From Mycobacterium leprae TN (GTDB lineage Bacteria > Actinomycetota > Actinomycetes > Mycobacteriales > Mycobacteriaceae), in assembly GCF_000195855.1 (NCBI RefSeq), contig NC_002677.1, forward strand, positions 270,001 through 302,000: a stretch of 32,000 bases of DNA. Direction: 5' to 3'. Within the stretch, counting starts at the first letter, position 1; each line of letters opens with the position of its first letter. Positions 1 to 10,775 of this stretch are shown piece after piece. Below the pieces are notes generated by a model, which searched no databases, was not told the origin of the DNA, and saw only the letters and a list, made by a program, of their open reading frames with translations. The position numbers and the translations under genes were made by a program.

Positions 1-449
1 GCTGAATGCCTGGCTGCCGACCAGCTGGCGATGATGAATACTGCCCCACCGATGCCCCAGGTCACCAGGCTGATGATGGTGTGATAAAAGGGCATGCGCA
101 GTGCTCGGCTCCGGGCCAGTTCGGTCGCGGCAGGATCAGCTTCGGCGAGCCGGTTGTCACGGCGCTGCCATCGGAAAACTGGCATCAGTAGTTTCAGGTT
201 CACTGCGAACCCGGTGGAGAACGCCACGACCACCGAGAGGGTGGAGATTGCCAAGTTGCGGATGGGCAGATCCTGCAGCTCAACGCGGTCCTGGGGTGGC
301 AAACCGTAGCGGAGGAAACCGAGCACGAACAGGGCGCCGATGATGTCAGACTGCAGCATGCTAAGCGAGAACAGTGGCCACGGGGTGCGTATACCCCACC
401 GGACGAACGCACCGATCCGCCCGGGCAGTCCTGCCGCCTGGGTTGCCAC
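1..449 (-). CDS. Partial CDS (5' part, continues past window start): N-terminal membrane region of an Rv3645-like membrane-anchored protein (adenylate cyclase in M. tuberculosis)
   Basis: Frame is open on the - strand from GTG (449-447) to the window edge; it is missing from the ORF track because no stop lies in the window. An in-frame TAA sits 29 codons upstream of the GTG with no earlier start codon. Translation VATQAAGLPGRIGAFVRWG..IIGALFVLGFLRYGL..LAISTLSVVVAFSTGFAVNL..IISLVTWGIGGAVFIIASW shows several hydrophobic helices. Divergent from holB as Rv3645/Rv3644c are. The product name rests on synteny only. Confidence 0.5.
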   Translation of the reverse strand, partial: MATQAAGLPGRIGAFVRWGIRTPWPLFSLSMLQSDIIGALFVLGFLRYGLPPQDRVELQDLPIRNLAISTLSVVVAFSTGFAVNLKLLMPVFRWQRRDNRLAEADPAATELARSRALRMPFYHTIISLVTWGIGGAVFIIASWSAARHS

Positions 450-604
450 TACCTCACCGTATCGGTCTGCGGCGATTTGTTGGCAACCTCCAGCGCCTTT
501 GCCGGTTATGGGACGGCTGTGCGGGCGGTTATAAGGTTACGGAAATGTTGCGACGCGGCCGCTGATCAGTGTCATGTCGGTCGGTATCATTACTGTTGTC
601 GTTG

Positions 605-1822
605 ATGTCCGGGGTGTTTACGCGGCTGGTGGGCCAGGATGCGGTGGAAGCTGAGCTGCTGGCCGCCGCTAAGGCCGCCCGTAGTGACTTGGTTCACAGT
701 CGGCCTGCTGACGGGACTATGACACATGCATGGCTCATCACCGGTCCGCCGGGCTCGGGACGCTCGGTTGCGGCGGTGTGCTTCGCGGCTGCACTGCAAT
801 GCACTGCGGATTTTCAGGATGGCGGACCGGGGTGCGGGCGCTGCCGGGCGTGTACGACGACGATGGCCGGCACCCACGCTGACGTTCGTCGGGTGATTCC
901 CGATGGCCTGTCGATCGGCGTAGACGAGATGCGTGCCATCGTGCATGAGGCCTCGCGCCGTCCAAGCACCGGATATTGGCAGATCGTGCTGATCGAGGAC
1001 GCCGACCGGTTGACCGAAGGAGCCGCTAACGCGCTGCTCAAGGTTGTTGAGGAACCGCCGTCGTCGACGGTGTTTTTGCTGTGCGCACCGTCGGTGGCTC
1101 CAGAAGACATTGCGGTAACGTTACGGTCTCGCTGCCGGCATGTCGCGCTGGTGACCCCATCGCATGCGGCGATTGCTCGGGTATTGATTGACAGCGACGG
1201 GCTGGCCGCCGACACGGCGAACTGGGCGGCGTTGGTCAGCGGTGGCCATGTGGGTCTGGCGCGTCGGTTAGCGACTGATCCAGAGGCCCAACAACGACGT
1301 GAGCGGGCGTTCGGGTTGATCCGCGATGCCGTGGTGCCGTCGCGGGCGTATGCTGTGGCCGAGGAACTTGTGGCCGCCGCCGAAGCGGAGGCTCTGGTGC
1401 TGACCGCTGAGCGGGCCGAAGCCGAGACCGAAGAGCTGCGGACGGCTCTCGGGGCCGGCGGCACCGGAAAGGGCACCGCTGGGGCATTGCGCAGCGTTAC
1501 GGGTGCGATCAAGGATCTAGAGCGACGGCAGAAGTCCCGTCAGACTCGTGCTTCGCGTGATGCACTGGACCGAGTATTGATCGATCTGGCGACCTACTTT
1601 CGGGATGCCTTGCTCGTTTCGGCGAATGCGGGATCGGTGCAACCCAATCATCCGGACATGGCTGACCGGGTGGCGGTGCTGGCCTGCCATGCTACACCGG
1701 AGCGGTTGTTGCGCTGCATCGAAGCTGTGCTGGAGTGCCGCGAAGCGTTGGCGGTCAATGTCAAACCCAAGTTCGCGGTCGACGCTCTGGTCGCGACTAT
1801 CGGCCAGGAGCTGCGCTATTAA
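605..1822 (+). CDS. holB: DNA polymerase III delta' subunit
   Basis: ORF 569..1822. P-loop GPPGSGRS, Cys cluster CGRCRAC, and LIEDADRLTEGAANALLKVVEEPP are typical of clamp-loader delta'. The likely start is ATG 605 (MSGVFTRLVGQ); GTG 569 is the longest alternative. Confidence 0.9.
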   Translation: MSGVFTRLVGQDAVEAELLAAAKAARSDLVHSRPADGTMTHAWLITGPPGSGRSVAAVCFAAALQCTADFQDGGPGCGRCRACTTTMAGTHADVRRVIPDGLSIGVDEMRAIVHEASRRPSTGYWQIVLIEDADRLTEGAANALLKVVEEPPSSTVFLLCAPSVAPEDIAVTLRSRCRHVALVTPSHAAIARVLIDSDGLAADTANWAALVSGGHVGLARRLATDPEAQQRRERAFGLIRDAVVPSRAYAVAEELVAAAEAEALVLTAERAEAETEELRTALGAGGTGKGTAGALRSVTGAIKDLERRQKSRQTRASRDALDRVLIDLATYFRDALLVSANAGSVQPNHPDMADRVAVLACHATPERLLRCIEAVLECREALAVNVKPKFAVDALVATIGQELRY

Positions 1823-1899
1823 CTTCTCTTGTGGGGATGCACAGCTCTTGGGTTGGCCAGCGCACCTGCCGTAGACTCGTGCTGCCCGGCGCAAAGGTA

Positions 1900-1972
1900 G
1901 GCCGCCTTAGCTCAATCGGTAGAGCGATTCACTCGTAATGAATAGGTCGGGGGTTCGATTCCCCCAGGCGGC
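1900..1972 (+). tRNA. tRNA-Thr (anticodon CGT)
   Basis: Cloverleaf read by hand. Acceptor gccgcct/aggcggc, D stem gctc/gagc, anticodon stem attca/tgaat with loop ctCGTaa, T stem ggggg/ccccc with loop ttcgatt, discriminator t. CCA is not encoded. Confidence 0.9.
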
Positions 1973-2251
1973 TCCGTGTGATGTGTCGAGACATCGGAGT
2001 GGGTGTGCATCCTCGTTTAGAGTTCGCTCTTTTTCTTTGGGTTCCGTGACTCGGTGTGCGCTGGTGGAGCTTCATGGTGAGGTCCGGGGTTAGCTGGCGG
2101 ATGAGTTAGCTGGTGGTGGCGTCGGCGCGCAGATGATATCAAGTTGTGGACAATAGAGCCAACACGGCGGACGTTCTTGTGTGGCAGTCGAGTAGTGCGT
2201 AGTGGCTGGCAGTCTGGCTAGTCGTGGCGCGGACGTGGTTGTCCATTCGGG

Positions 2252-2700
2252 TTGACCTATACTAGCAGTCATAGTGAGGAGTTTTCACCTCGGCTGGTTA
2301 GGGTCTTTGCTGCTATCTGTTCCCATAAGTTCAGTCAGCTCGCGGACACCATCGACACCCCGTTCGCTTGCTGGTACCGCTCACATTTGTACAAATTCGA
2401 GCTGGGTGATGGCCGGTTCATCGGTCAGGGCGAGTTCAATGCCTTGACGTGGGCTTCATCGGCAAGTTCAGCAGCGACGTTGGCCTTTGGGTGAACAGTT
2501 CGTCTACGAATTCGATTTCGGCGATTGTTTGGACTCAATTTGTGCACGGGTCGGGCTGCTGCTAATCGACCAGGAGTCTGGGGCGGGGATTGTGTCCCGC
2601 TTACTTCTTCCGTCCTGGAGGTGGGGGCGATCCCCGATCGGTACGGGTGTCGTTGGGTCGGCGACGATAGAGAAAGCCCGAATTGTCGAATCCGGGTTCA
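2252..2700 (+). pseudogene. Frameshifted remnant of a pRiA4b ORF-3-like (PF07929-type) protein
   Basis: Two adjacent + strand ORFs in different frames read ..SHLYKFELGDGRF.. and ..GEQFVYEFDFGDCLD... A third frame gives ..VGAIPDRYG... These resemble the family motifs HLHxF, YxYDFGDxWxH and PDQYG. Assignment is from motif memory only. Confidence 0.35.
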
Positions 2701-2762
2701 ATCAAACTGCCACTTTTTCAGCTGTTACGGTAACTGCCTGCTGAGCAAGCAGCGACATGAAC

Positions 2763-2813
2763 GCGATGTGGACGCAAGAGTAGCGATCAGCGCTACTCTT
2801 GCGTCCACATCGC
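2763..2813. repeat. Perfect 23 bp inverted repeat (hairpin) with 5 nt loop
   Basis: gcgatgtggacgcaagagtagcg (2763-2785), loop atcag, cgctactcttgcgtccacatcgc (2791-2813). The arms are exact reverse complements. No T-tract follows. Confidence 0.9.
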
Positions 2814-3289
2814 ACACTTAGACCGAGCTAAAGCACGCCATGAACTACTGGATCAAGCTCCGAAGTGATTGATGCAGTTTAGTTCTGCATAATCCTGCTT
2901 AGAGCGCGATCACCGCCTTAATGCGGTGTTGGTCTGGGAAATTACTTTCAGGTGTCCACAGTCAGCTGAGCATCCCCCGTTGTTGTTTCTCCCACGAAGG
3001 CACCGCCTACACTCGCACGCGTATCCTCGTGTTCAGTGACCTGCTCCTCATACCTCTCCTATCATACTATCCGCTCAGCATCCACTCCTTCGGGATTGAT
3101 TCGCCGGCTCAACGACATTTCTGGCGCCAGCAACGCCAACGCAAGCAATACATCCAACAGTAAGACTGACCTGACTCAAGCCGCCCGCTATGCGGGCTGA
3201 CGGACGGGACTGGCTGCCTCACGGCTGTGGACGGCTAGGTTTCCGTCGAAAAAGCCCGGTGAACTAGGCGGTGTTAGCGCTGGTAACCG

Positions 3290-6008
<2,719 letters not shown>

Positions 6009-6011
6009 GGT

Positions 6012-6649
6012 GGTGGTGTTGTGGTGGGCTGGTGGGGTGTGGGTGGTTGATCTGCGCTAGAAGGTTGCCGTATGTGCCGCCGACGGCCGGATCATCGATG
6101 CACTGTTCACTAACACGATACTGCTGCACCCGGCGGCATGCCTGCTTGCTGGCTGAGGGCCGGTCAACAAGCCGCCGACACCGATACCAGCGGCAGAAAT
6201 GGTGCAAGGGATAACATCAGGTGCGAATAGTTATACCGTGCACGGGGACGTGCCTGTTCAGGTGCGGCCACATTGACCACGCCGACACCTCAAGGCCATG
6301 ACATGCACACTAAAACGCCCCTACCCCGCGGCGCTAACAACTATCCTCACACTCACGCCTGCATCGATATCGCCTTCAGCACAGCCCAGGTGCCCAGCCC
6401 CTGGCATCATCAACATGTAGACCAAGCAGCATCCACCACCGACATGCTTACGTGCGCCGCGCTAATCGTGTCCACTGCGGCAAAGCACACGAAGCCTCAT
6501 CGAAAGCAGGCAGTCAGCCACCCACCAACAAAAACCCCGCAACACAGCAAAACACGTCAACAGGATTCCGGGCTGCCCCCCACGACTACCGAACATATCG
6601 GCCAGTCATAAAACGCAAAAACAGCCATTTCACCCACCACCTATGAAAC
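6012..6649 (+). repeat. RLEP dispersed repeat, copy 1
   Basis: 638 bp, exact reverse complement of 10138-10775 (position x pairs with 16787-x). All three track ORFs are duplicated with identical proteins, and I compared the gaps and ends directly. It contains caccgataccagcggcagaa at 6179-6198, the RLEP LP2 primer as I recall it. Confidence 0.92.
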
Positions 6650-6706
6650 CAACCGAACAACTCACCGCCACAGACACAAGACAGCAGAGCCCGGGAACCG
6701 TCGCAG

Positions 6707-7777
6707 CTATGTACAGGCCTTGACCTCGCGATGATTGCGGAACACGCTCCAGGTGAGTGCTGCGCCGATGAAGAGCACGCCCACCAAGGCGGTGACGGCC
6801 TCGAGGATTTCGAATCGCGGTTCGACAGAAAGCAACATCATCACCGATAGCGCACCAATCGCCCAGTGGGCACCATATTCCAGGTACACATAACGGTCCA
6901 ATGCGTCCTGGTGGACCAGGTATATGGTGATCGAACGGATGAACACCGAGCTGATCAGTCCCAGACCCAGCGCGATGATGACTGGGTCAGAGGTGATCGC
7001 AAAAGCGCCGGTGACTCCGTCGAAGGAGAAGGTGGCGTCGAGAATCTCGAGATAAAGGAATCTGACTAGGCCGGCCCTGCCTGCCATCCTCCGCCCGGAA
7101 GCCGTGTCAATGTCGGGTGGTCGAAACGCTCGGTTCAATACGCTTACGAGCAGATACGTCACCAAGCTCAGAAGCCCTGCGATCAGCACCTTCGCGCGCT
7201 CATCGCCAGAGTGCGTCAGCGCAGTGGCGATGAGAACCAACACAAATATAGCCACCACCGACAGCGGACCAAGTCGCCCGATGCGGGTGAAGGGGGCCTC
7301 GATCCACTTGAGCCACTTGATGTCTCGGTCTTGAAAGACGAAATCCAGGAACAGCATCAACAGGAACGTTCCGCCAAAGGCTGCGATCTGTGGGTGGGCC
7401 GACATTATGAGCTTTTGATAGCTAGGTGAGCCGTCTGGAAATTCCAGCGCGTGATTGGGCGGCGGATGTAAAGCCAAGTCCATGGTGCGAACGGGATCCA
7501 GCTTGGCGGTTGCCCAGACGATAACCGCTGGGAAGATCAGGCGCATACCGAATGCTGCGATGAGGATCCCGATCGTCAGAAACATCTTCCGCCAAAATCG
7601 ACTCATCTGCTTGAGTATCGCAGCGTTGATGATGGCGTTGTCGAACGACAAGGACACTTCGAAGATAGCGAGCACTATTAGCGGCAAGAGGGAGGCAAGC
7701 CCACCGTAGATGTATGCGACTAAGAGGGCTATCGCGGTTGTTAAAAGCGAGATGCCGAAACCGCGGAACGCTGCCAT
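6707..7777 (-). CDS. Integral membrane protein, DUF475/TerC-like (Rv3629c-like)
   Basis: 356 aa ORF, about 9 hydrophobic helices, signature EVSLSFDNAIINA near the N-terminus. ATG at 7777 is preceded by aggaagga. Confidence 0.85.
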   Translation of the reverse strand: MAAFRGFGISLLTTAIALLVAYIYGGLASLLPLIVLAIFEVSLSFDNAIINAAILKQMSRFWRKMFLTIGILIAAFGMRLIFPAVIVWATAKLDPVRTMDLALHPPPNHALEFPDGSPSYQKLIMSAHPQIAAFGGTFLLMLFLDFVFQDRDIKWLKWIEAPFTRIGRLGPLSVVAIFVLVLIATALTHSGDERAKVLIAGLLSLVTYLLVSVLNRAFRPPDIDTASGRRMAGRAGLVRFLYLEILDATFSFDGVTGAFAITSDPVIIALGLGLISSVFIRSITIYLVHQDALDRYVYLEYGAHWAIGALSVMMLLSVEPRFEILEAVTALVGVLFIGAALTWSVFRNHREVKACT

Positions 7778-7833
7778 GAATCCTTCCTGTTACCCACCCA
7801 CAATAGCGGCGCTGAGCGCAGTCGCGGATCTAT

Positions 7834-7871
7834 TTGACTCCGTGCAATTAGGTTGACTCCGTGCAATTAGG
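7834..7871. repeat. Perfect tandem duplication, 2 x 19 bp (ttgactccgtgcaattagg)
   Basis: Units at 7834-7852 and 7853-7871 are identical. A degenerate third junction, gcattaggttcagttgact, lies at 7892-7910. The array sits 57-94 bp upstream of the DUF475 gene start. Confidence 0.9.
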
Positions 7872-7938
7872 TATTTTCAAACTGTGACGATGCATTAGGT
7901 TCAGTTGACTGGAGGTGTCGCCATAGTGACTAAGGTCG

Positions 7939-8002
7939 GAGGCGCTGTTGGATCCAATGGTATTCCCCAACTAGGGAATACCATTGGATCCAACAGCGCC
8001 TC
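7939..8002. repeat. Perfect 29 bp inverted repeat (palindrome) with 6 nt spacer
   Basis: gaggcgctgttggatccaatggtattccc (7939-7967), spacer caacta, gggaataccattggatccaacagcgcctc (7974-8002). The arms are exact reverse complements. Each arm also contains the self-palindrome ttggatccaa. Confidence 0.92.
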
Positions 8003-8040
8003 GCGGAGGTCAGTTGCGTGTGGCAGTGTGACACGGGTCG

Positions 8041-9047
8041 GTGCGGAGGACAGTATTGACTGCGTTGTGCGGCTATGCGGTGATTTATTTGGCCGCCCGC
8101 GACCTTAGCGCCGACTGGATTCTCGGTATTCGGGGTGTTTTGGGAAGCGTTCGATCTGTTCACTGCTGCCAATGGCTTGTTCCAAGAAAATCCACCTGCG
8201 AGGTCCGCGCTACGGGCTATGTAAACGATTTGACGACCATTCCGAGTAAGCTTAACTCTTTCCGCTGCGGGTCGCCGGGACGGTTGGTGTCGCTGCCACC
8301 ATCGTGCTCGCAGGGAACTTACTCGTGTGGAGTGGGCAAACGTTCGCCGAGGCACTCCGGCTTTCGGTGGCCCTGCTTAGCGTTGGTTTGTGCGAGTTTT
8401 CCCTGCTAGCCACACTGCTGGTCTCTCCCACGGCACGCCTGCACACACCCTGCGGCACTGCGATGTTCCTGCGCAGCGGCCGCCTATTCGATCACCGCTG
8501 CCGGTATCAGCGCGATTTTGGTTATGGGGTTTCTAGTACTGCTGAAGCTGACTTCGAGTGAGTTCGGGGCACAAGGCGGCGTCGTCATCCTGACTTTGAC
8601 GTTGACTCGTGCGCCGTTGCTGGTGCAGTTGACCTCCGTGCAGGGCAACCTCGTAGCTCATTTCCTTGACGAGCGCTTGCAACCGGCTTCGGTCGGTTCT
8701 CGTGGCCGGCAGCGATCATCGGCGGTATCGGTGCGGTAGGTGTGCTAGCGGCAGGCATTGTGGGGCTATGGCTGCTGCGCGTAGAGTTTAGTCCGCAGTA
8801 CGATGCCAGTAGTAACGTGGCTGACTGCGGCCGCGGTGGAGATTGCTATGTTGACGCTCACCGGCCCAGCAGCGGTAGCGGCGGCGCTGTATTGTGCGTA
8901 TTCACTGGGCTGGGTTTGTGCGACAGCCGTGTCGGCATCGCTGCAGCTGCAGACCCGCACTGTTGTGCGGCCCGCTGGTGGAGATCAGCGTCCACTTGGC
9001 GGCACTGGCACGTACCAGGAAACCATCCGGCCTGACCAGCGTGTATC
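8041..9047 (+). pseudogene. Fragmented polytopic membrane protein (Rv3630-like)
   Basis: Five short overlapping + strand ORFs in shifting frames encode hydrophobic segments (e.g. LRLSVALLSVGLCEFSLLATLLV, VMGFLVLLKL, LAAGIVGLWLL, LTAAAVEIAMLTLTGPAAVAAALYCAYSLGWV). They lie directly upstream of the GT2 gene, where Rv3630 lies in M. tuberculosis. Boundaries are approximate. Confidence 0.45.
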
Positions 9048-9770
9048 TTGTTGGGTATCGAAACGTGTTACCCCGGCGTCTGGATCGTCATTCCCGCCTT
9101 CAACGAAGCCGCTATCATCGGTGAAGTAGTCACAGATGTGCGCGCGGTTTTCGATCATGTCGTCTGCGTGGATGACGGCAGTGCCGACGGAACCGGAGAG
9201 ATCGCTCTGCGCGCTGGGGCGCACCTAGTCCGTCATCCAGTCAACCTGGGCCAAGGTGCGGCGATCCAGACCGGGGTTGAGTACGCTCGCCGGCAGCCGG
9301 CAGCGCAGGTGTTCGCCACGTTCGATGCCGATGGCCAGCACCGCGTCAAAGACCTGGCAGCGTTGGTAGACCGGCTCGGCGCGCATGACGTCGACGTCGT
9401 TATCGGAACGCGGTTCGGCCGCCTCGACGGGGGCCGGTTGCCGATTCTGAAAGGACCACCGTTTTTGAAAAGGGTTGTGTTGCGGACTGCGGCACGGTTG
9501 AGCCGACGCGGTCGCCGGTTAGGTCTCACCGACACCAATAATGGCCTGCGAGTGTTCAATAAGAAGGTGGCCGACGGGCTCGATATCACAATGACCGGCA
9601 TGAGCCATGCCAACGAGTTCGTCATGTTGATCGCCGATAACCACTGGCGCGTCGATGAGGTACCGGTGGAGGTGCTGTACACCGAGTACTCGAAGTCGAA
9701 GGGGCAACCACTGCTTAATGGCGTCAACATCATCTTTGACGGGTTCCTGCGCGGGAGAATGCCGAAATGA
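9048..9770 (+). CDS. ppgS: Family 2 glycosyltransferase, polyprenyl-phosphate sugar synthase type (Rv3631/PpgS-like)
   Basis: 240 aa. Motifs VIPAFNEA, DDGSADGT and FDADGQH are typical of GT2 Dpm1/GtrB-like enzymes. TTG start at 9048 or 9051. The ppgS name comes from the Rv3631 assignment recalled from the literature. Confidence 0.85.
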   Translation: MLGIETCYPGVWIVIPAFNEAAIIGEVVTDVRAVFDHVVCVDDGSADGTGEIALRAGAHLVRHPVNLGQGAAIQTGVEYARRQPAAQVFATFDADGQHRVKDLAALVDRLGAHDVDVVIGTRFGRLDGGRLPILKGPPFLKRVVLRTAARLSRRGRRLGLTDTNNGLRVFNKKVADGLDITMTGMSHANEFVMLIADNHWRVDEVPVEVLYTEYSKSKGQPLLNGVNIIFDGFLRGRMPK

Positions 9771-9783
9771 AAAGGAGCGAAAG

Positions 9784-10125
9784 ATGAACTGGATCCAGGT
9801 GCTGCTGATCGGATCGATCATCGTGCTGCTGATTTACTTGCTGCGGTCGCGCCGCAACGTGCGATCTCGGGCCTGGGTGAAGGTCGGGTACATCGCGTTT
9901 GTGCTCGGCGGTGTCTATGCTGTGCTCCGGCCTAACGACACCACCGTGGTGGCGCACTGGTTTGGGGTATGCCGCGGAACTGATCTGATGCTCTATGCAC
10001 TAATTATGGCGTTCAGTTTTACTACGCTGAGCATCTACATACGGTTCAAGGACTTGGAGTTGCGCTACGCGTGTTTGGCTCGCGTCGTTGCGCTGGAAGG
10101 AGCGCGCGCGCCCGAGCCGTTCTAG
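9784..10125 (+). CDS. Small membrane protein, DUF2304 (Rv3632-like partner of the GT2)
   Basis: ATG 9784 is preceded by aaaggag. 113 aa with 3-4 TM helices (MNWIQVLLIGSIIVLLIYLL..). The track's upstream extension to 9655 overlaps the GT2 gene and was discarded. Confidence 0.8.
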   Translation: MNWIQVLLIGSIIVLLIYLLRSRRNVRSRAWVKVGYIAFVLGGVYAVLRPNDTTVVAHWFGVCRGTDLMLYALIMAFSFTTLSIYIRFKDLELRYACLARVVALEGARAPEPF

Positions 10126-10137
10126 GGTGTTGTGGGT

Positions 10138-10775
10138 GTTTCATAGGTGGTGGGTGAAATGGCTGTTTTTGCGTTTTATGACTGGCCGATATGTTCGGTA
10201 GTCGTGGGGGGCAGCCCGGAATCCTGTTGACGTGTTTTGCTGTGTTGCGGGGTTTTTGTTGGTGGGTGGCTGACTGCCTGCTTTCGATGAGGCTTCGTGT
10301 GCTTTGCCGCAGTGGACACGATTAGCGCGGCGCACGTAAGCATGTCGGTGGTGGATGCTGCTTGGTCTACATGTTGATGATGCCAGGGGCTGGGCACCTG
10401 GGCTGTGCTGAAGGCGATATCGATGCAGGCGTGAGTGTGAGGATAGTTGTTAGCGCCGCGGGGTAGGGGCGTTTTAGTGTGCATGTCATGGCCTTGAGGT
10501 GTCGGCGTGGTCAATGTGGCCGCACCTGAACAGGCACGTCCCCGTGCACGGTATAACTATTCGCACCTGATGTTATCCCTTGCACCATTTCTGCCGCTGG
10601 TATCGGTGTCGGCGGCTTGTTGACCGGCCCTCAGCCAGCAAGCAGGCATGCCGCCGGGTGCAGCAGTATCGTGTTAGTGAACAGTGCATCGATGATCCGG
10701 CCGTCGGCGGCACATACGGCAACCTTCTAGCGCAGATCAACCACCCACACCCCACCAGCCCACCACAACACCACC
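10138..10775 (-). repeat. RLEP dispersed repeat, copy 2 (inverted relative to copy 1)
   Basis: Exact reverse complement of 6012-6649. It contains tgcatgtcatggccttgagg (10480-10499) and the complement of caccgataccagcggcagaa (10589-10608). Together these define the 129 bp RLEP amplicon. gcagtatcgtgttagtgaa and tcgatgatccggccgtcggcg (qPCR targets as I recall them) are also present. Confidence 0.92.

Noticed and set aside
814-1512. 232 aa - strand ORF inside holB, and the similar 158 aa and 146 aa - strand ORFs at 12154-12659 inside dacB.
   Set aside because: They are antisense to well-supported genes, have Ala/Arg/Ser/Pro-rich low-complexity translations, and show no motifs.
6273-6611. 112 aa, 64 aa and 60 aa ORFs inside RLEP copy 1, mirrored at 10141-10755 in copy 2. 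They could be taken for repeat-encoded genes.
   Set aside because: They have TTG/GTG starts and no ribosome-binding site. Their composition is Pro/Thr/His-rich low complexity and they overlap each other. RLEP is regarded as non-coding. The duplication only reflects the DNA repeat.
7778-7900. Possible riboswitch or defined promoter (-35/-10) upstream of the DUF475/TerC-like gene.
   Set aside because: TTGACT/TTGCAC hexamers occur in the repeats, but I found no correctly spaced -10 element. I cannot fold or recognise a yybP-ykoY-type structure by eye. I reported only the repeat itself.
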